Virus record (IMG/VR): IMGVR_UViG_3300032770_000005
Coordinates: 64,001-128,000 of that record
Origin: a virus
Direction: 5' to 3' (one strand)
Length of the DNA stretch: 64,000 nucleotides
Shown: positions 1-9,374 of the stretch, one piece after another
Layout: every line of letters starts with the position of its first letter
Position numbering within the stretch: the stretch's first letter is position 1
Position numbers and translations under genes: made by a program
The notes under the pieces: model-generated
What the model was told of the DNA's origin: nothing
The model's database searches: none
Seen by the model: the letters and a program-made list of their open reading frames with translations, nothing else

Positions 1-1
1 C

Positions 2-166
2 TGGTACATGACCAAGGCGGCGAAGGCCGGTCGCAAGGTCGAGCGGAACGCCGTGGTGCAGCGCATCAGCACGAAGGAGCTGGCGCAGCGGCTCTTCGAG
101 CGGCTGGAGAAGCGCGGCTACACGAACAAGGACACGCTCCGCTCGCTCGACCGTCTCGCGCGATGA
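2..166 (+). CDS. 3' end of a gene truncated by the window edge
   Basis: Open frame from base 2 (WYMTKAAKAG...LDRLAR*); its TGA overlaps the next ATG. Confidence 0.6.
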   Translation, partial: WYMTKAAKAGRKVERNAVVQRISTKELAQRLFERLEKRGYTNKDTLRSLDRLAR

Positions 167-567
167 GCGTTGTGGTCGCAGTGCTGTTGTCGGGTGTCGG
201 CATCGTCTTTGCGGCCGTCATGGGGTACTCGTTTGGCCGCGTCGACCGCGAGGCTGAGCGCGAGGCCCGCGTCTCGCCTGCTGCGCCTCCGGAGCGCCCC
301 GATGTGTTCGAGATCGGACAGCCGGTGTTGGTGCGCATGAGCAAGGACAACGTGTGGGTCGAGGGCGTGCTCCTTGGGTTCAGGTCGAGCGATGGCGCTA
401 ACACGGCTGCGGTGCGCCTGAAGATGGCTGAGCGGCCTGTCGCCAACGTCGTTACCGACTGGGACGCGCCCCTCGACAGGATCCGCCGGGTCGGTCGCAC
501 GCGCGTGGAGATCGACGAAGATGCGGGCTATCGCGAGAACGCTCGCAAGGAAAGGACGCTCTCATGA
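163..567 (+). CDS. hypothetical protein with N-terminal membrane anchor
   Basis: Hydrophobic N-terminus; ATGA coupling at both ends. Confidence 0.75.
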   Translation: MSVVVAVLLSGVGIVFAAVMGYSFGRVDREAEREARVSPAAPPERPDVFEIGQPVLVRMSKDNVWVEGVLLGFRSSDGANTAAVRLKMAERPVANVVTDWDAPLDRIRRVGRTRVEIDEDAGYRENARKERTLS

Positions 568-1121
568 TCCTGTGGAAGTGCGACGTGTGCTCGAAAGTGG
601 CCGACAGTCCCACGTCCCTCGCACAATGGCGCATCATGCCCAAGCACTGGCGCCGTCGCGCCGGGTTCGTGAAGAAGGGCAGCGAACGCTACGAGGTCGA
701 CGTCCACGTGTGCTCTGAGTCGTGCGCGAAGGCGTATGACCGGCTGGAGATCGAAAGCGGCGAAGCGTTTTCGTGGTGGAGGTCAGAAGAGACGGCGGAT
801 CAGGTGTTCCCCCTCAAGTCTACGAGCGCCGCTGCGTCCGTGAACGTCCGTGTTGCCAAGGAGTCGGAGCGCTTTCACAAGGCGCTGCCGAAGCTCATGA
901 AGTCTCGCGCGATGAGGGGCAAGGCGGTCGTGTTCCTTGGCGGCCGCGTGCGCTCGACGCATGACACGATGGAGCAAGCGTATGCCTCGGCGCTGAACGA
1001 GTTCGGCATCGACGGCGGCTACGTGATCGGCGTGGTTGACCAGTTCAACGTGCCGCGCGTGGTCGATGTGAGTGGCATGCGCGATCGTGCACGGAGGCGG
1101 GCTCGCGGCGCTGGCTCTTGA
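564..1121 (+). CDS. hypothetical protein, Cys-pair N-terminus, DUF5678-like C-terminus
   Basis: CDVC and CSESC motifs; GKAVVFLGGRV...TMEQAY. Confidence 0.65.
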   Translation: MILWKCDVCSKVADSPTSLAQWRIMPKHWRRRAGFVKKGSERYEVDVHVCSESCAKAYDRLEIESGEAFSWWRSEETADQVFPLKSTSAAASVNVRVAKESERFHKALPKLMKSRAMRGKAVVFLGGRVRSTHDTMEQAYASALNEFGIDGGYVIGVVDQFNVPRVVDVSGMRDRARRRARGAGS

Positions 1122-1177
1122 CCGCGCGGCCGGCTTGCGGCAGTGTCCGACACCATGTCCGACACAGTGTCCGACAC
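1118..1177 (+). promoter_or_regulatory. sigma70-like promoter with three tandem GTGTCCGACAC operator-like palindromes
   Basis: TTGACC-17 nt-CAGTGT; palindromes at 1143, 1155 (one mismatch) and 1167. Confidence 0.5.
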
Positions 1178-2552
1178 CAAGTCACCGCCCGAGACCGCTC
1201 AGGCAGATCTGACCGCAGCAGCGGAAGCGTTCGAGGGCCCGCAGAAGGGCGCCGCGGCGGTGAGCGAGGTCATCGGCGAGCGGATTGCCGGCTACTCCTA
1301 CGTCGCGCCGCCGGCCCCGGGCTCCGACGTGCACGGGCTGTGGCACTACTTCCCCTGCCACGACCGGTCGGGCTACGCCGCGCACGCAATCGCCATGCAC
1401 GCGATGATGCAAGACCGGCTGAAGGTCCCCGTGTCGCTCGTGCCGACGCGCTCCGCAGCGATCGACATCGACTACTTCCCGCGCGACCGCTTCGACATGC
1501 TGCTCCGGTGGAACAAGGACACGTGCGGTCATCCCGAGGCGATGATCGTGTCGCTGCCGCCGTCGCGCGAGTCGTTCCGCGAGTGGGACCGCACGCGTGC
1601 GTTCGTCATGTACTGCGCCTACGAGGCCACCGCGGTCAGCGAGTTCGCCGTGCAGATCTGCAACGACGACCGCGTGACCGCGCTCTGGTGCGTCAGCCCC
1701 TTCACGGCTCGGGCGTTCATCGACTCCGGCGTCGAGCCCGGCAAGGTGTTCGTCCTGCCGCCGCCCATCTGCGATGGGCCGTGGCTCGACATGCTCGACG
1801 ACACGGGGCCTGCGTCCGAGCCCGAGGGCATCTTCCGGTTCACGACCATGGGGACGTGGCACGAGCGCAAGGGGTTCCACGATCTGATCCGCGCCTACTT
1901 CTCCACGTTCAAGCGCGAGGAGCCGGTCGAGCTGGCCATCCGCACGTCGAGCCTCGGTGACGGCGACACGCTGCGGAAGTTCAAGGAGCGGGTCATCGAC
2001 GAGATCGCGAGCATCGCTCGCGCGTACGGCGACGCTCGCTACCCGCACTCGATGAAGATGCCGCGCATCCGCATGCTGCTCGGCACGGACCTGACCGACC
2101 GCGAGGTCATGAGCTGGCTCTGCAAGTTCAGCGACTGCTTCGTCAACGCGTCCTACGGCGAGGGGCTTGGGATTCCGGCGATGTGGGCCGCGGCGCACGG
2201 CATCCCGATCGTGTCGTCGGACTTCGGCGCGGTCGGGGAGTTCCTCGCGGACGCTCAGGTGGCGGCGCCAGTCGGCGACGTGCTGCACATGTTCCCGGCG
2301 AAGGTGGCGCCGGTGCCGACGACGATGCTGCGCTTCAACAGCCTCTTCGATCCGAACGCGCAGTGGGGCTCGTACGACGTTCCCGAGCTGGGCGCGGCCA
2401 TGCGCCGGGCATTCAGTGCTGGCCGCCGGCGCAACGACGCGCTCGCTCGGTACACGCGCTCGCGGTTCTCCTACGACAGGTGCGAGCATCCTGCGGCCGT
2501 GGCGCTGAAGTTCATCAGTCGCCCCGAGACGCTCGCGCGGTGGGGCTTGTGA
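1155..2552 (+). CDS. glycosyltransferase, GT4/GT-B type
   Basis: WHERKGFHDLIRAY and FVNASYGEGLGIPAM motifs. Start could be 1143. Confidence 0.85.
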   Translation: MSDTVSDTKSPPETAQADLTAAAEAFEGPQKGAAAVSEVIGERIAGYSYVAPPAPGSDVHGLWHYFPCHDRSGYAAHAIAMHAMMQDRLKVPVSLVPTRSAAIDIDYFPRDRFDMLLRWNKDTCGHPEAMIVSLPPSRESFREWDRTRAFVMYCAYEATAVSEFAVQICNDDRVTALWCVSPFTARAFIDSGVEPGKVFVLPPPICDGPWLDMLDDTGPASEPEGIFRFTTMGTWHERKGFHDLIRAYFSTFKREEPVELAIRTSSLGDGDTLRKFKERVIDEIASIARAYGDARYPHSMKMPRIRMLLGTDLTDREVMSWLCKFSDCFVNASYGEGLGIPAMWAAAHGIPIVSSDFGAVGEFLADAQVAAPVGDVLHMFPAKVAPVPTTMLRFNSLFDPNAQWGSYDVPELGAAMRRAFSAGRRRNDALARYTRSRFSYDRCEHPAAVALKFISRPETLARWGL

Positions 2553-3667
2553 TCGACCTGGTCGGCCACTTCGGGTCGCGCTTCAGCTACGCGACCGTGT
2601 CGTACCAGCTCATGCTCGGGCTCCGAGAGCTGTTTGTGCTGGGTTCGGTGACGAACCTCGATGCCGACACCGTCTACGACGACGTCCGCTCGGAGGCGAA
2701 GTCCGCTGGGCATGCGGTCATCGTGGTGTCAGACCCACAAGCGCACGTGGTCGATCCCCTCTTCGAGCTGTACGGCGAGACCGGCGTGGCGCTGTTCCTG
2801 TCGCCCAACACCACCAACCTCGACCAGAAGCGCACGGAGATCTGCGGGCGCGCTGGGCGCATCTACGTGCCGTCGCGGTACTGCGAACGCACCGTCCAGC
2901 GCGCTCTCGTGCACGGCCATCATGTCAGCGCGGACGTGGTCGTGATGCCGCTCGGTGTTGCGAGCGCATTCCTTAGAAGCGAGCGCCGCGTCGAGCGGGA
3001 CTGGTCCTTGTCCAACCTCTCCGGCCTACGCATGTTGCACCTCAGTACCGACGGCTACTGGCCCGGGCGCAAGGGCACGGACGAACTGCTGGTCGCTTGG
3101 AAGCTATGGGAGAAGCAGGTGCGATCTCCCGTCCGCGGATTCTCTCTCACCGTGCACGTGACGCCGTCGCTGGCCGACGTGGTGACCCGGCGGATCGGCG
3201 ATCTGGCTCTGGAGAACGTGCGCGTCGAGGTGGGACCGGAGCGCGGCATGCAAGATTACGCGCTTCGTGCGTTGTTCGACGCGCATGACGTGCTGGTGCA
3301 GCCGTCGCGGTGCGAGGGGTTCGGCATCATGCCGCTCTCCGCGCTCTGCTTTGGTCTGCTCGTGTACACGACGGCGGACACGGGGCAGGCAGAGTATCTC
3401 TTCCCGGAGGCGGAGCCCCGTGGAGAGACGCAGGGCGTCACCGCCTGCTCGCCCTGGAGCAACTGGGTGCAGATCCCCACGCTGGCTCCTGCGCCGCTTG
3501 CGGGAGAGTTCGGCGAGGCGCCCGAGATCGACCCGGAGCAGCTCGGCGGCGTTCTCGTGCGCGACCAGGTGCGCCCGCCACAGCGGCGTCCTGACGTTCA
3601 CGAGTGGTCGTGGGAGACCAGGCGGAGGCGATGGGCCAGTTCGCTGGCAGAATGGAGCATGAGATGA
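2549..3667 (+). CDS. glycosyltransferase, GT4/GT-B type
   Basis: RKGTDELL and DVLVQPSRCEGFGIMPL; GTG start overlaps the upstream stop. Confidence 0.85.
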   Translation: MIDLVGHFGSRFSYATVSYQLMLGLRELFVLGSVTNLDADTVYDDVRSEAKSAGHAVIVVSDPQAHVVDPLFELYGETGVALFLSPNTTNLDQKRTEICGRAGRIYVPSRYCERTVQRALVHGHHVSADVVVMPLGVASAFLRSERRVERDWSLSNLSGLRMLHLSTDGYWPGRKGTDELLVAWKLWEKQVRSPVRGFSLTVHVTPSLADVVTRRIGDLALENVRVEVGPERGMQDYALRALFDAHDVLVQPSRCEGFGIMPLSALCFGLLVYTTADTGQAEYLFPEAEPRGETQGVTACSPWSNWVQIPTLAPAPLAGEFGEAPEIDPEQLGGVLVRDQVRPPQRRPDVHEWSWETRRRRWASSLAEWSMR

Positions 3668-3975
3668 GCGAGATGGACGAGGTGCTGGAAGAGATCGGCG
3701 GCGGGCAGGTCGAGGTGGTGCTGCGGGCGCAGGAGTTCGTGATGCGCCCGGTCCCCAACCTCCAGCGTCCGGGCGAAGCCGCTGGCATCGCCACGGGGCA
3801 GGACAACGTGCGCTTCACCGCGCGGTCCTATCGTCGCGTGCGCACCGCTTGGGCGTTCTTCCTCGAAGAGGACGTGATGGACCCGCAGACCCGGGCGCCG
3901 CGCAAGGTGCGCTCCACCGTCTACATCCAGGCGAGCGACATCCTGTACCTGAACGTGGTCTCTTCGCTCGCCTGA
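3664..3975 (+). CDS. hypothetical protein
   Basis: Coupled ORF with genome-like codon use. Confidence 0.65.
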   Translation: MSEMDEVLEEIGGGQVEVVLRAQEFVMRPVPNLQRPGEAAGIATGQDNVRFTARSYRRVRTAWAFFLEEDVMDPQTRAPRKVRSTVYIQASDILYLNVVSSLA

Positions 3976-4001
3976 GGGCAGCTCGGGAGGTCCGACGCAA
4001 C

Positions 4002-4259
4002 GTGATCGACTGGGAAGACAAGCTGGGCTCGACCAACGTTCGGATCACCTTCCGGACCTACAAGGTCTACGTCCAGAAGCTGACCGTCGTGGCGCGAGCG
4101 CACGGCTTCCGTCTGGGCGCTAGGCTATCGCTCGGCGCTGCGTTGAACCACATCATCGGCAGGTACGACGACACGGAAGAGACGGCGAAGGTGGCGTCCA
4201 TGCCTCCGGAGCCAGAACCGGTGCGGCGGCGCAAGAAGCGCCCGAGGAGGAGATCATGA
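4002..4259 (+). CDS. small DNA-binding protein, possibly ribbon-helix-helix
   Basis: GGAGG upstream; strand-helix-helix pattern and basic tail. Confidence 0.5.
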   Translation: MIDWEDKLGSTNVRITFRTYKVYVQKLTVVARAHGFRLGARLSLGAALNHIIGRYDDTEETAKVASMPPEPEPVRRRKKRPRRRS

Positions 4260-4819
4260 GCGACCAGAAGCCCCCCAACATGACCGACGAGCAGCTCGCG
4301 GAGTACATCCGGCAGCGCAAGCAGGAGGAGTTCGATCCCAACGCGCCGCTGCCGCCATCGACCGGCGTCGCGCCTCTCGCGCGCGTCACGGGTGACGGCC
4401 GAGCGCTCGCGCGCCGAGCCGCTGGCGAGATCCCGCCGAACGAGCTGCGGTTCCACTGCGGCAGCTGCGGGCAGGACAAGCAGCTTCAGTTCGACGAGGA
4501 CGAGATCGCGGCGCTGGGCGGTGACATCCGCGAGTACACCGGGCCGTGCTGGAACTGCGGCACGATGATGCTGCGTCCCTACAACGACTACTGGGGCAAG
4601 GACTTCCCCTCGATGTCGGACATGGCGAGCAAGGCGCGGCGCGAGGAGTACCGCGAGCAGGCGCAGGTCTTCGCGGACACGATCGCCGACAAGGCCGCCT
4701 CCATGCTCGTGCCGAAGCCGTCGCCCGCGGCCACCGCCGATGCTGCGCCCGCGCCGGCGGATGCGCCCGAGGACGATCTGCCCGAGGACGTCGACGTCAG
4801 CGAGCTGAAGCCGAGGTGA
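4256..4819 (+). CDS. Zn-ribbon protein
   Basis: HCGSCG...CWNCG. Confidence 0.7.
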   Translation: MSDQKPPNMTDEQLAEYIRQRKQEEFDPNAPLPPSTGVAPLARVTGDGRALARRAAGEIPPNELRFHCGSCGQDKQLQFDEDEIAALGGDIREYTGPCWNCGTMMLRPYNDYWGKDFPSMSDMASKARREEYREQAQVFADTIADKAASMLVPKPSPAATADAAPAPADAPEDDLPEDVDVSELKPR

Positions 4820-5346
4820 CCCTCGAAGCGCGCTACCGAGATGCTTGCGTCGCGCCGAGCGACATCAACGAGCATCTGCCCACGCTACGGCGGCTCGCGG
4901 CGACATGCGGCGGCCACGTGACGGAGATGGGCGTCAGGCACGGGGTGAGCACGATCGCCCTGCTCGCCGCGCAGCCGCGCGTGCTGCGCTGCTACGACAT
5001 CCTCCAGTACGACTGGTCGAGCATCATGCCGCTGCGTGGGGCGACCGATCTGCTCTTCACGGTCGCGGACTCGCGCGCCATCGACATCGAGGAGACGGAC
5101 CTGCTCTTCATCGACACGTGGCACGTGTACGACCAGCTCAAGGTCGAGCTGAGTCGTCACTCGCCGCGGGTCCGGCGGTGGATCGCGATGCACGACACGG
5201 TGACCTTCGGGGCCAGGGGCGAGGACCCGAAGTATGGCGGCCTCTGGGCAGCGGTACAGGAGTTCGTCGCGGGTGGCTGGTGGAAGATCATCGAGCACCA
5301 TCCGAACAACAACGGCCTCACGGTCGTCGAGCGTTGTGGGAAGTAG
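4816..5346 (+). CDS. class I SAM-dependent methyltransferase-like protein (Methyltransf_24-like)
   Basis: SDINEHL, EMGVRHGVST, LLFIDTWH, MHDT. Confidence 0.8.
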   Translation: MTLEARYRDACVAPSDINEHLPTLRRLAATCGGHVTEMGVRHGVSTIALLAAQPRVLRCYDILQYDWSSIMPLRGATDLLFTVADSRAIDIEETDLLFIDTWHVYDQLKVELSRHSPRVRRWIAMHDTVTFGARGEDPKYGGLWAAVQEFVAGGWWKIIEHHPNNNGLTVVERCGK

Positions 5347-5350
5347 CAGT

Positions 5351-6029
5351 CATGCTTATCCGGTTGGACGCGCAAAGAAGGAGGCGCGAACCGATGACTA
5401 ACGATGACTACGAGGAGTTCGTGGACGGTCTGGCGCTGATTGGTATCACGCCACAGCCGGTGTCGCCGGAGACATTGCTGCGCGCGCTGCTCGATCAGAA
5501 TGGCCACTACGTTTCGGACAAGATCGTCGAGTTGATGGAAGTGGTTGGGTGCAGCCCGCGCACTGGCTGGGCCGTCGTCATTCCGCAGGTCGAGGCGGGC
5601 CAGCGCTGCATCCTGCCACCCGGCTTTTCCTATCGCGAGAGCGGTGAGAGATACGGCGCTTTCTTTTACGAGGAATCGCATGGCAAAAACCATGGGCCGT
5701 GGGTCATCGATCCACGCAAGGACCGCGATGCGTTCTATGCAGCGGCCAAGGACCCGCTACTCGTAGATGTCTGCCGAATCGCGTGCGCGCGGTGGGGCGA
5801 GCCGAGCGAGAGCACCAACTCGCGCGGCCAACGCCTGACGTATTTCCCATGGGGACTGGCACATCCGACAGAGTCGGTACCTGACGCCGGTGTCCAGCAT
5901 GCGCGCTGGTTTGTAGAGGGGGAGCCGGCCGCCGCTGTGGCTGTGGCAGCAGGTCGTCTAGGACACGATGCTCTTGCGATCGTCGGTGCACGCTGGATGT
6001 TCAACAATGGGCGAAAACCGGATAGCAGT
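5351..6029. mobile_element. non-autonomous cargo cassette, copy 1, right end eroded
   Basis: Left end CATGCTTATCCGGTT identical to 10556; right end GGGCGAAAACCGGAT matches 11019-11033; TAGCAGT directly repeated at both flanks. Confidence 0.6.
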
Positions 6030-6041
6030 CATGACGGGTGA
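5394..6041 (+). CDS. hypothetical cargo protein
   Basis: GAAGGAGG RBS; less GC-biased codons than its neighbours. Confidence 0.65.
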   Translation: MTNDDYEEFVDGLALIGITPQPVSPETLLRALLDQNGHYVSDKIVELMEVVGCSPRTGWAVVIPQVEAGQRCILPPGFSYRESGERYGAFFYEESHGKNHGPWVIDPRKDRDAFYAAAKDPLLVDVCRIACARWGEPSESTNSRGQRLTYFPWGLAHPTESVPDAGVQHARWFVEGEPAAAVAVAAGRLGHDALAIVGARWMFNNGRKPDSSHDG

Positions 6042-6348
6042 GGAGCTTCCGCCGCTGTCGAAAGGAGAGACCGTGTTTCTCCTTTGCGGCCGCATCGATC
6101 ACGACGGACTCTCTTTGGATCCGGACAACGACGATCAGCCGGTTCTGGACCCGCGGAGCTTTTCGTGGCTCTCCGCAGAGGTGCGTGGCCGCGAGAGTTT
6201 CGATTCCTACGAGATCGTCTTTCCGGACGGTAGCGTTACGGAATACGAGCGCCGATTTCTTTTGACCCGCACCGAGGCGACGCGGTTCGCTGAAGTCGGC
6301 CTGGTGGAGTTGAAGTCAGTGGAAGCGCGCGAGCGAACTGCGCGATGA
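6031..6348 (+). CDS. hypothetical protein
   Basis: ORF coupled to the GT17 gene. Confidence 0.6.
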   Translation: MTGEELPPLSKGETVFLLCGRIDHDGLSLDPDNDDQPVLDPRSFSWLSAEVRGRESFDSYEIVFPDGSVTEYERRFLLTRTEATRFAEVGLVELKSVEARERTAR

Positions 6349-7112
6349 TCTACGACGGGTTCATGTTCTTCAACGAGCTGGACCTGCTGGAGATCCGCCT
6401 CCACGAGCTGAAGGACGTCGTCGACCGCTTCATCCTCGTCGAGTCGACCCTGACGCACTCGGGCAAGCAGAAGCCGCTCTACTTCGCCAACGCGAAGCAC
6501 GAGGCGCGCTTCGCGCCATTCGTGGACCGCATCGAGCACGTCGTGGCCGAGCTGCCTACTGGCGCGGGCCACGAACCGTCCTGGCGTCGCGAGAACGAGC
6601 AGCGACGCGCCATAGGTCGCGGGTTCACGAGGTTCGGGCACGGAGACCTGCTGCTCGTCAGCGATGCCGATGAGATCCCCTCGGCCGAGGCAGTCCGCCG
6701 GTACGTGCCGGGTACGGGGGTCGCGGGGCTAGAGCAGGTGTTGAGCTACTTCTACGCGAACGCTCTTGGTGGCGGGTGGATCGGAACGCGCATCGTGCCG
6801 TACGAGGAGTACATCCGCCGCCCCGACATCCAGGTCTACCGCACGCATCTCGACTGCTCGATCCCCCGCGGCGGATGGCACTGGTCGTACCTCGGCGGCG
6901 CGGACCGTGTGCGAGAGAAGCTCGCGAGCTTCGCTCACACCGAACTCGACACGCCGGCCTTCATGTCACGTGTCGACGAGTCCGTGCGCGATGCCAAGCT
7001 CATCTGGGACGCGGCACAGCGGTGCCGCGTGGTGCCCGTCGACGACAGCTTCCCGTCGTACCTGATCGCGAACCAGGAACGCTTCGCCCATCTACTGAAG
7101 GCGGTCGCATGA
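6345..7112 (+). CDS. GT17-family (beta-1,4-N-acetylglucosaminyltransferase-like) glycosyltransferase
   Basis: IYDGFMFFNELDLLEIRLHEL, REN-QR, SDADEIP, GGWHWSY. Confidence 0.9.
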   Translation: MIYDGFMFFNELDLLEIRLHELKDVVDRFILVESTLTHSGKQKPLYFANAKHEARFAPFVDRIEHVVAELPTGAGHEPSWRRENEQRRAIGRGFTRFGHGDLLLVSDADEIPSAEAVRRYVPGTGVAGLEQVLSYFYANALGGGWIGTRIVPYEEYIRRPDIQVYRTHLDCSIPRGGWHWSYLGGADRVREKLASFAHTELDTPAFMSRVDESVRDAKLIWDAAQRCRVVPVDDSFPSYLIANQERFAHLLKAVA

Positions 7113-7699
7113 GCTTCACGGAGAACTGGTACTCGGAGCAGCAGCTGGTCGAACTGCAACGCGCGGTGCGTCGCGTGCGAGCGCTCAGCGGCGAGATCAT
7201 CGAGCTGGGCTGCTGGGAGGGCAAGAGCACCTGCGCGCTTGCCGTGGCCGCCGAGCCCGAGCCCGTGATCGCGGTCGACAACTGGACCGGGAGCCACTCC
7301 GAAGGCGAGGGTCATCCGACCGTGCAGATCGCCAAGCAGCGCGACGTTCTGGCCGTGTTCAGGGAGAACGTGGCGATGTACACGCGTGGCAACGTCGTGA
7401 TCGTGAGGTTGGACCACGACGCGTTCATCGGGTCGCTGGGTTTCCCGTCGCTGGAGTTTCCCGTGGCGAACGCGGTGGTGAAGTTCGTGCACATCGACGG
7501 CGCGCATGACTATGCGTCGGTGCGCCGGCAGATCCTGGGCCTGAAGCCGCACATGGTCCCGGGCGGCATCATCTGCGGGGACGACTTCCTCACGGCGAGC
7601 GCGCAGAGGCACGACCTGGGCGGCGGCGTCGAGCGCGCTGTCCGCGAGTGCTGCCCGAACTTCGAGCTGCACGGAAACCTCTGGCTCTGGGTGCGGTGA
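7109..7699 (+). CDS. class I SAM-dependent methyltransferase
   Basis: IELGCWEGKST, HIDGAHDYASV, GGIICGDD. Confidence 0.85.
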   Translation: MSFTENWYSEQQLVELQRAVRRVRALSGEIIELGCWEGKSTCALAVAAEPEPVIAVDNWTGSHSEGEGHPTVQIAKQRDVLAVFRENVAMYTRGNVVIVRLDHDAFIGSLGFPSLEFPVANAVVKFVHIDGAHDYASVRRQILGLKPHMVPGGIICGDDFLTASAQRHDLGGGVERAVRECCPNFELHGNLWLWVR

Positions 7700-8343
7700 T
7701 GCGTGTCGTGCTCGGCGTGCCTACGCTCAATCGCTACGACCTGCTGGCCGACCTGGTCGCGTCCGCACGAGCGAGTTCGCGGCCGCCGGATGAGATCGTG
7801 ATCGTCGACAACGGCGGCACGCTCGCGATGGAGCAGGTGACCATCATGCGGCCGGGTCGCAACGTCGGCGTGGGGCCTGCGTGGAACATGATCGCGCGAG
7901 CCGCCTTCCACGGGCGTGACGACAGGCTGCTGCTCGTGGGCGACGACGTGCGGCTTGCCACGGATGCGATCGAGGTACTGCTGCGCACGCACGAGCAGAC
8001 CGGCGCGGACATGGTCTATCCGGGACATCTAGCGGGGAACATCTTCTCCTGCTTCATGTGCACGCCGATGCTCTTCGGTCGGGTCGGCTACTTCGACGAG
8101 GACTTCGCGCCGGCGTACTTCGAGGACAACGACTTCCACTACCGCATGCGCCTGTGCGGCGTGAAAGACGCGGCGGCGCCATGCGTCGTGGCACACCAGG
8201 GGAGCGCGACGTTGGCTCGGTTCTCAGCTGCGCAGCTGGAAGAGCATCACCGTAACTTCGAGCGACTGCGGCAGCTGTACGTGCGCAAGTGGGGCGGCGT
8301 CCCGGGCTCCGAGGCGTACATCACGCCCTACAACAAGGGTTGA
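7699..8343 (+). CDS. GT2-family glycosyltransferase
   Basis: IVIVDNG, NVGVGPAWN, GYFDEDFAPAYFEDND. Confidence 0.85.
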   Translation: MRVVLGVPTLNRYDLLADLVASARASSRPPDEIVIVDNGGTLAMEQVTIMRPGRNVGVGPAWNMIARAAFHGRDDRLLLVGDDVRLATDAIEVLLRTHEQTGADMVYPGHLAGNIFSCFMCTPMLFGRVGYFDEDFAPAYFEDNDFHYRMRLCGVKDAAAPCVVAHQGSATLARFSAAQLEEHHRNFERLRQLYVRKWGGVPGSEAYITPYNKG

Positions 8344-8354
8344 AGGAGATCGCG

Positions 8355-8618
8355 ATGAAGAAGGTCAAGAAGAGTCAGAAGGTCACGACGAAGGACGAGG
8401 GGGACGAGAACCCGGTGTTCGAGTACGCAGCGACCGAAGACGACCGCGCTATGCTGCTGAAGTCAGACGCGTTGCCGAGCGGCACCGCGGCAGAGCGGGC
8501 CTGGACGAGTTTCGCGTGCGCGGCGATCGCCGGAAGGTTGACCTTCAACGCTCTGGGCGCTGCCGAAGCGGCGGACAGCATGCTTGCCGAATGGCGGAGG
8601 CGATGGGGGCCGGAGTGA
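8355..8618 (+). CDS. hypothetical protein
   Basis: AAGGAG RBS; AAEAADSMLAE C-terminus typical of small phage proteins. Confidence 0.7.
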   Translation: MKKVKKSQKVTTKDEGDENPVFEYAATEDDRAMLLKSDALPSGTAAERAWTSFACAAIAGRLTFNALGAAEAADSMLAEWRRRWGPE

Positions 8619-8623
8619 GCGAC

Positions 8624-8937
8624 CACGGCGCGCCGGCGCGAGGGCTTCGTACTCGCAACTCGGAGGAGGATAGTGCGAAGCCAGCGCGGGGGCCGAGTGC
8701 CTGCGAGCGAGCGCGTCCGGTCTCGTCGTCGCGAGGCCTGCGCGGGGGCCTGATGCCTGCGACCGGTCCATCGGAGTCTCCTTTTGCTGTTGTGCGAGGT
8801 CGCAGGGCCAGCGCGGGGGCCTTGCGCTCGCGACACAATGAACCGGACGCTCGTCCGGTAGCCAGCGCAGAGGCTTCATGTCTGCGACCGCATCGCTGGT
8901 AGGCGAAAGGCCAGCGCAGGGGCCGAATGCCTGCGAC
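8624..8937 (+). CRISPR. compact degenerate CRISPR-like mini-array, 6 repeats
   Basis: Repeats at 8624, 8672, 8728, 8799, 8853, 8902; spacers 12, 20, 35, 18, 13 bp. Confidence 0.8.
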
Positions 8938-8963
8938 GCGATCGCCTCGCATGAAGGCTGGCT

Positions 8964-9374
8964 TCAGACGCGGTACGGCGCAGTCCAGACGGCGTAGCAG
9001 CCGTACCCCACGCCGGCTCCGATTAGTCCGCCGGCGATCGGGTTCTTGGTCACGGCGCCGATGATCCCAGCGACCAGGCCGCCCACGCCAGAGGCGAGGC
9101 TGCCGGCATTGATCAAGCTCTGCGTCTGCGTCGTCCACTGCTGGTTGAGCGCACTGTCGGAGCACGCGATGCTCGTCAGCAGCCCCTGGCCGAGCCCGCG
9201 GTACGGGTCGCGCCCGAACAGATAGATGTCGGGCTCGCCGGTCACGTCCGATCCGTACTGGATGTAGCCCGGCATCGGCAGCCCAGGCATGCGCGTACGG
9301 CCCGGCGGCAGCGTCGCGAAGTTGACCTGGCCAGGCACCACGACCTGTCCAAGCGCACGGCGGCGGTAGCTCAT
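8964..9374 (-). CDS. putative virion membrane protein
   Basis: Two Gly-rich TM segments; RALGQ and RGLGQ motifs; leaderless promoter. Confidence 0.7.
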   Translation of the reverse strand: MSYRRRALGQVVVPGQVNFATLPPGRTRMPGLPMPGYIQYGSDVTGEPDIYLFGRDPYRGLGQGLLTSIACSDSALNQQWTTQTQSLINAGSLASGVGGLVAGIIGAVTKNPIAGGLIGAGVGYGCYAVWTAPYRV

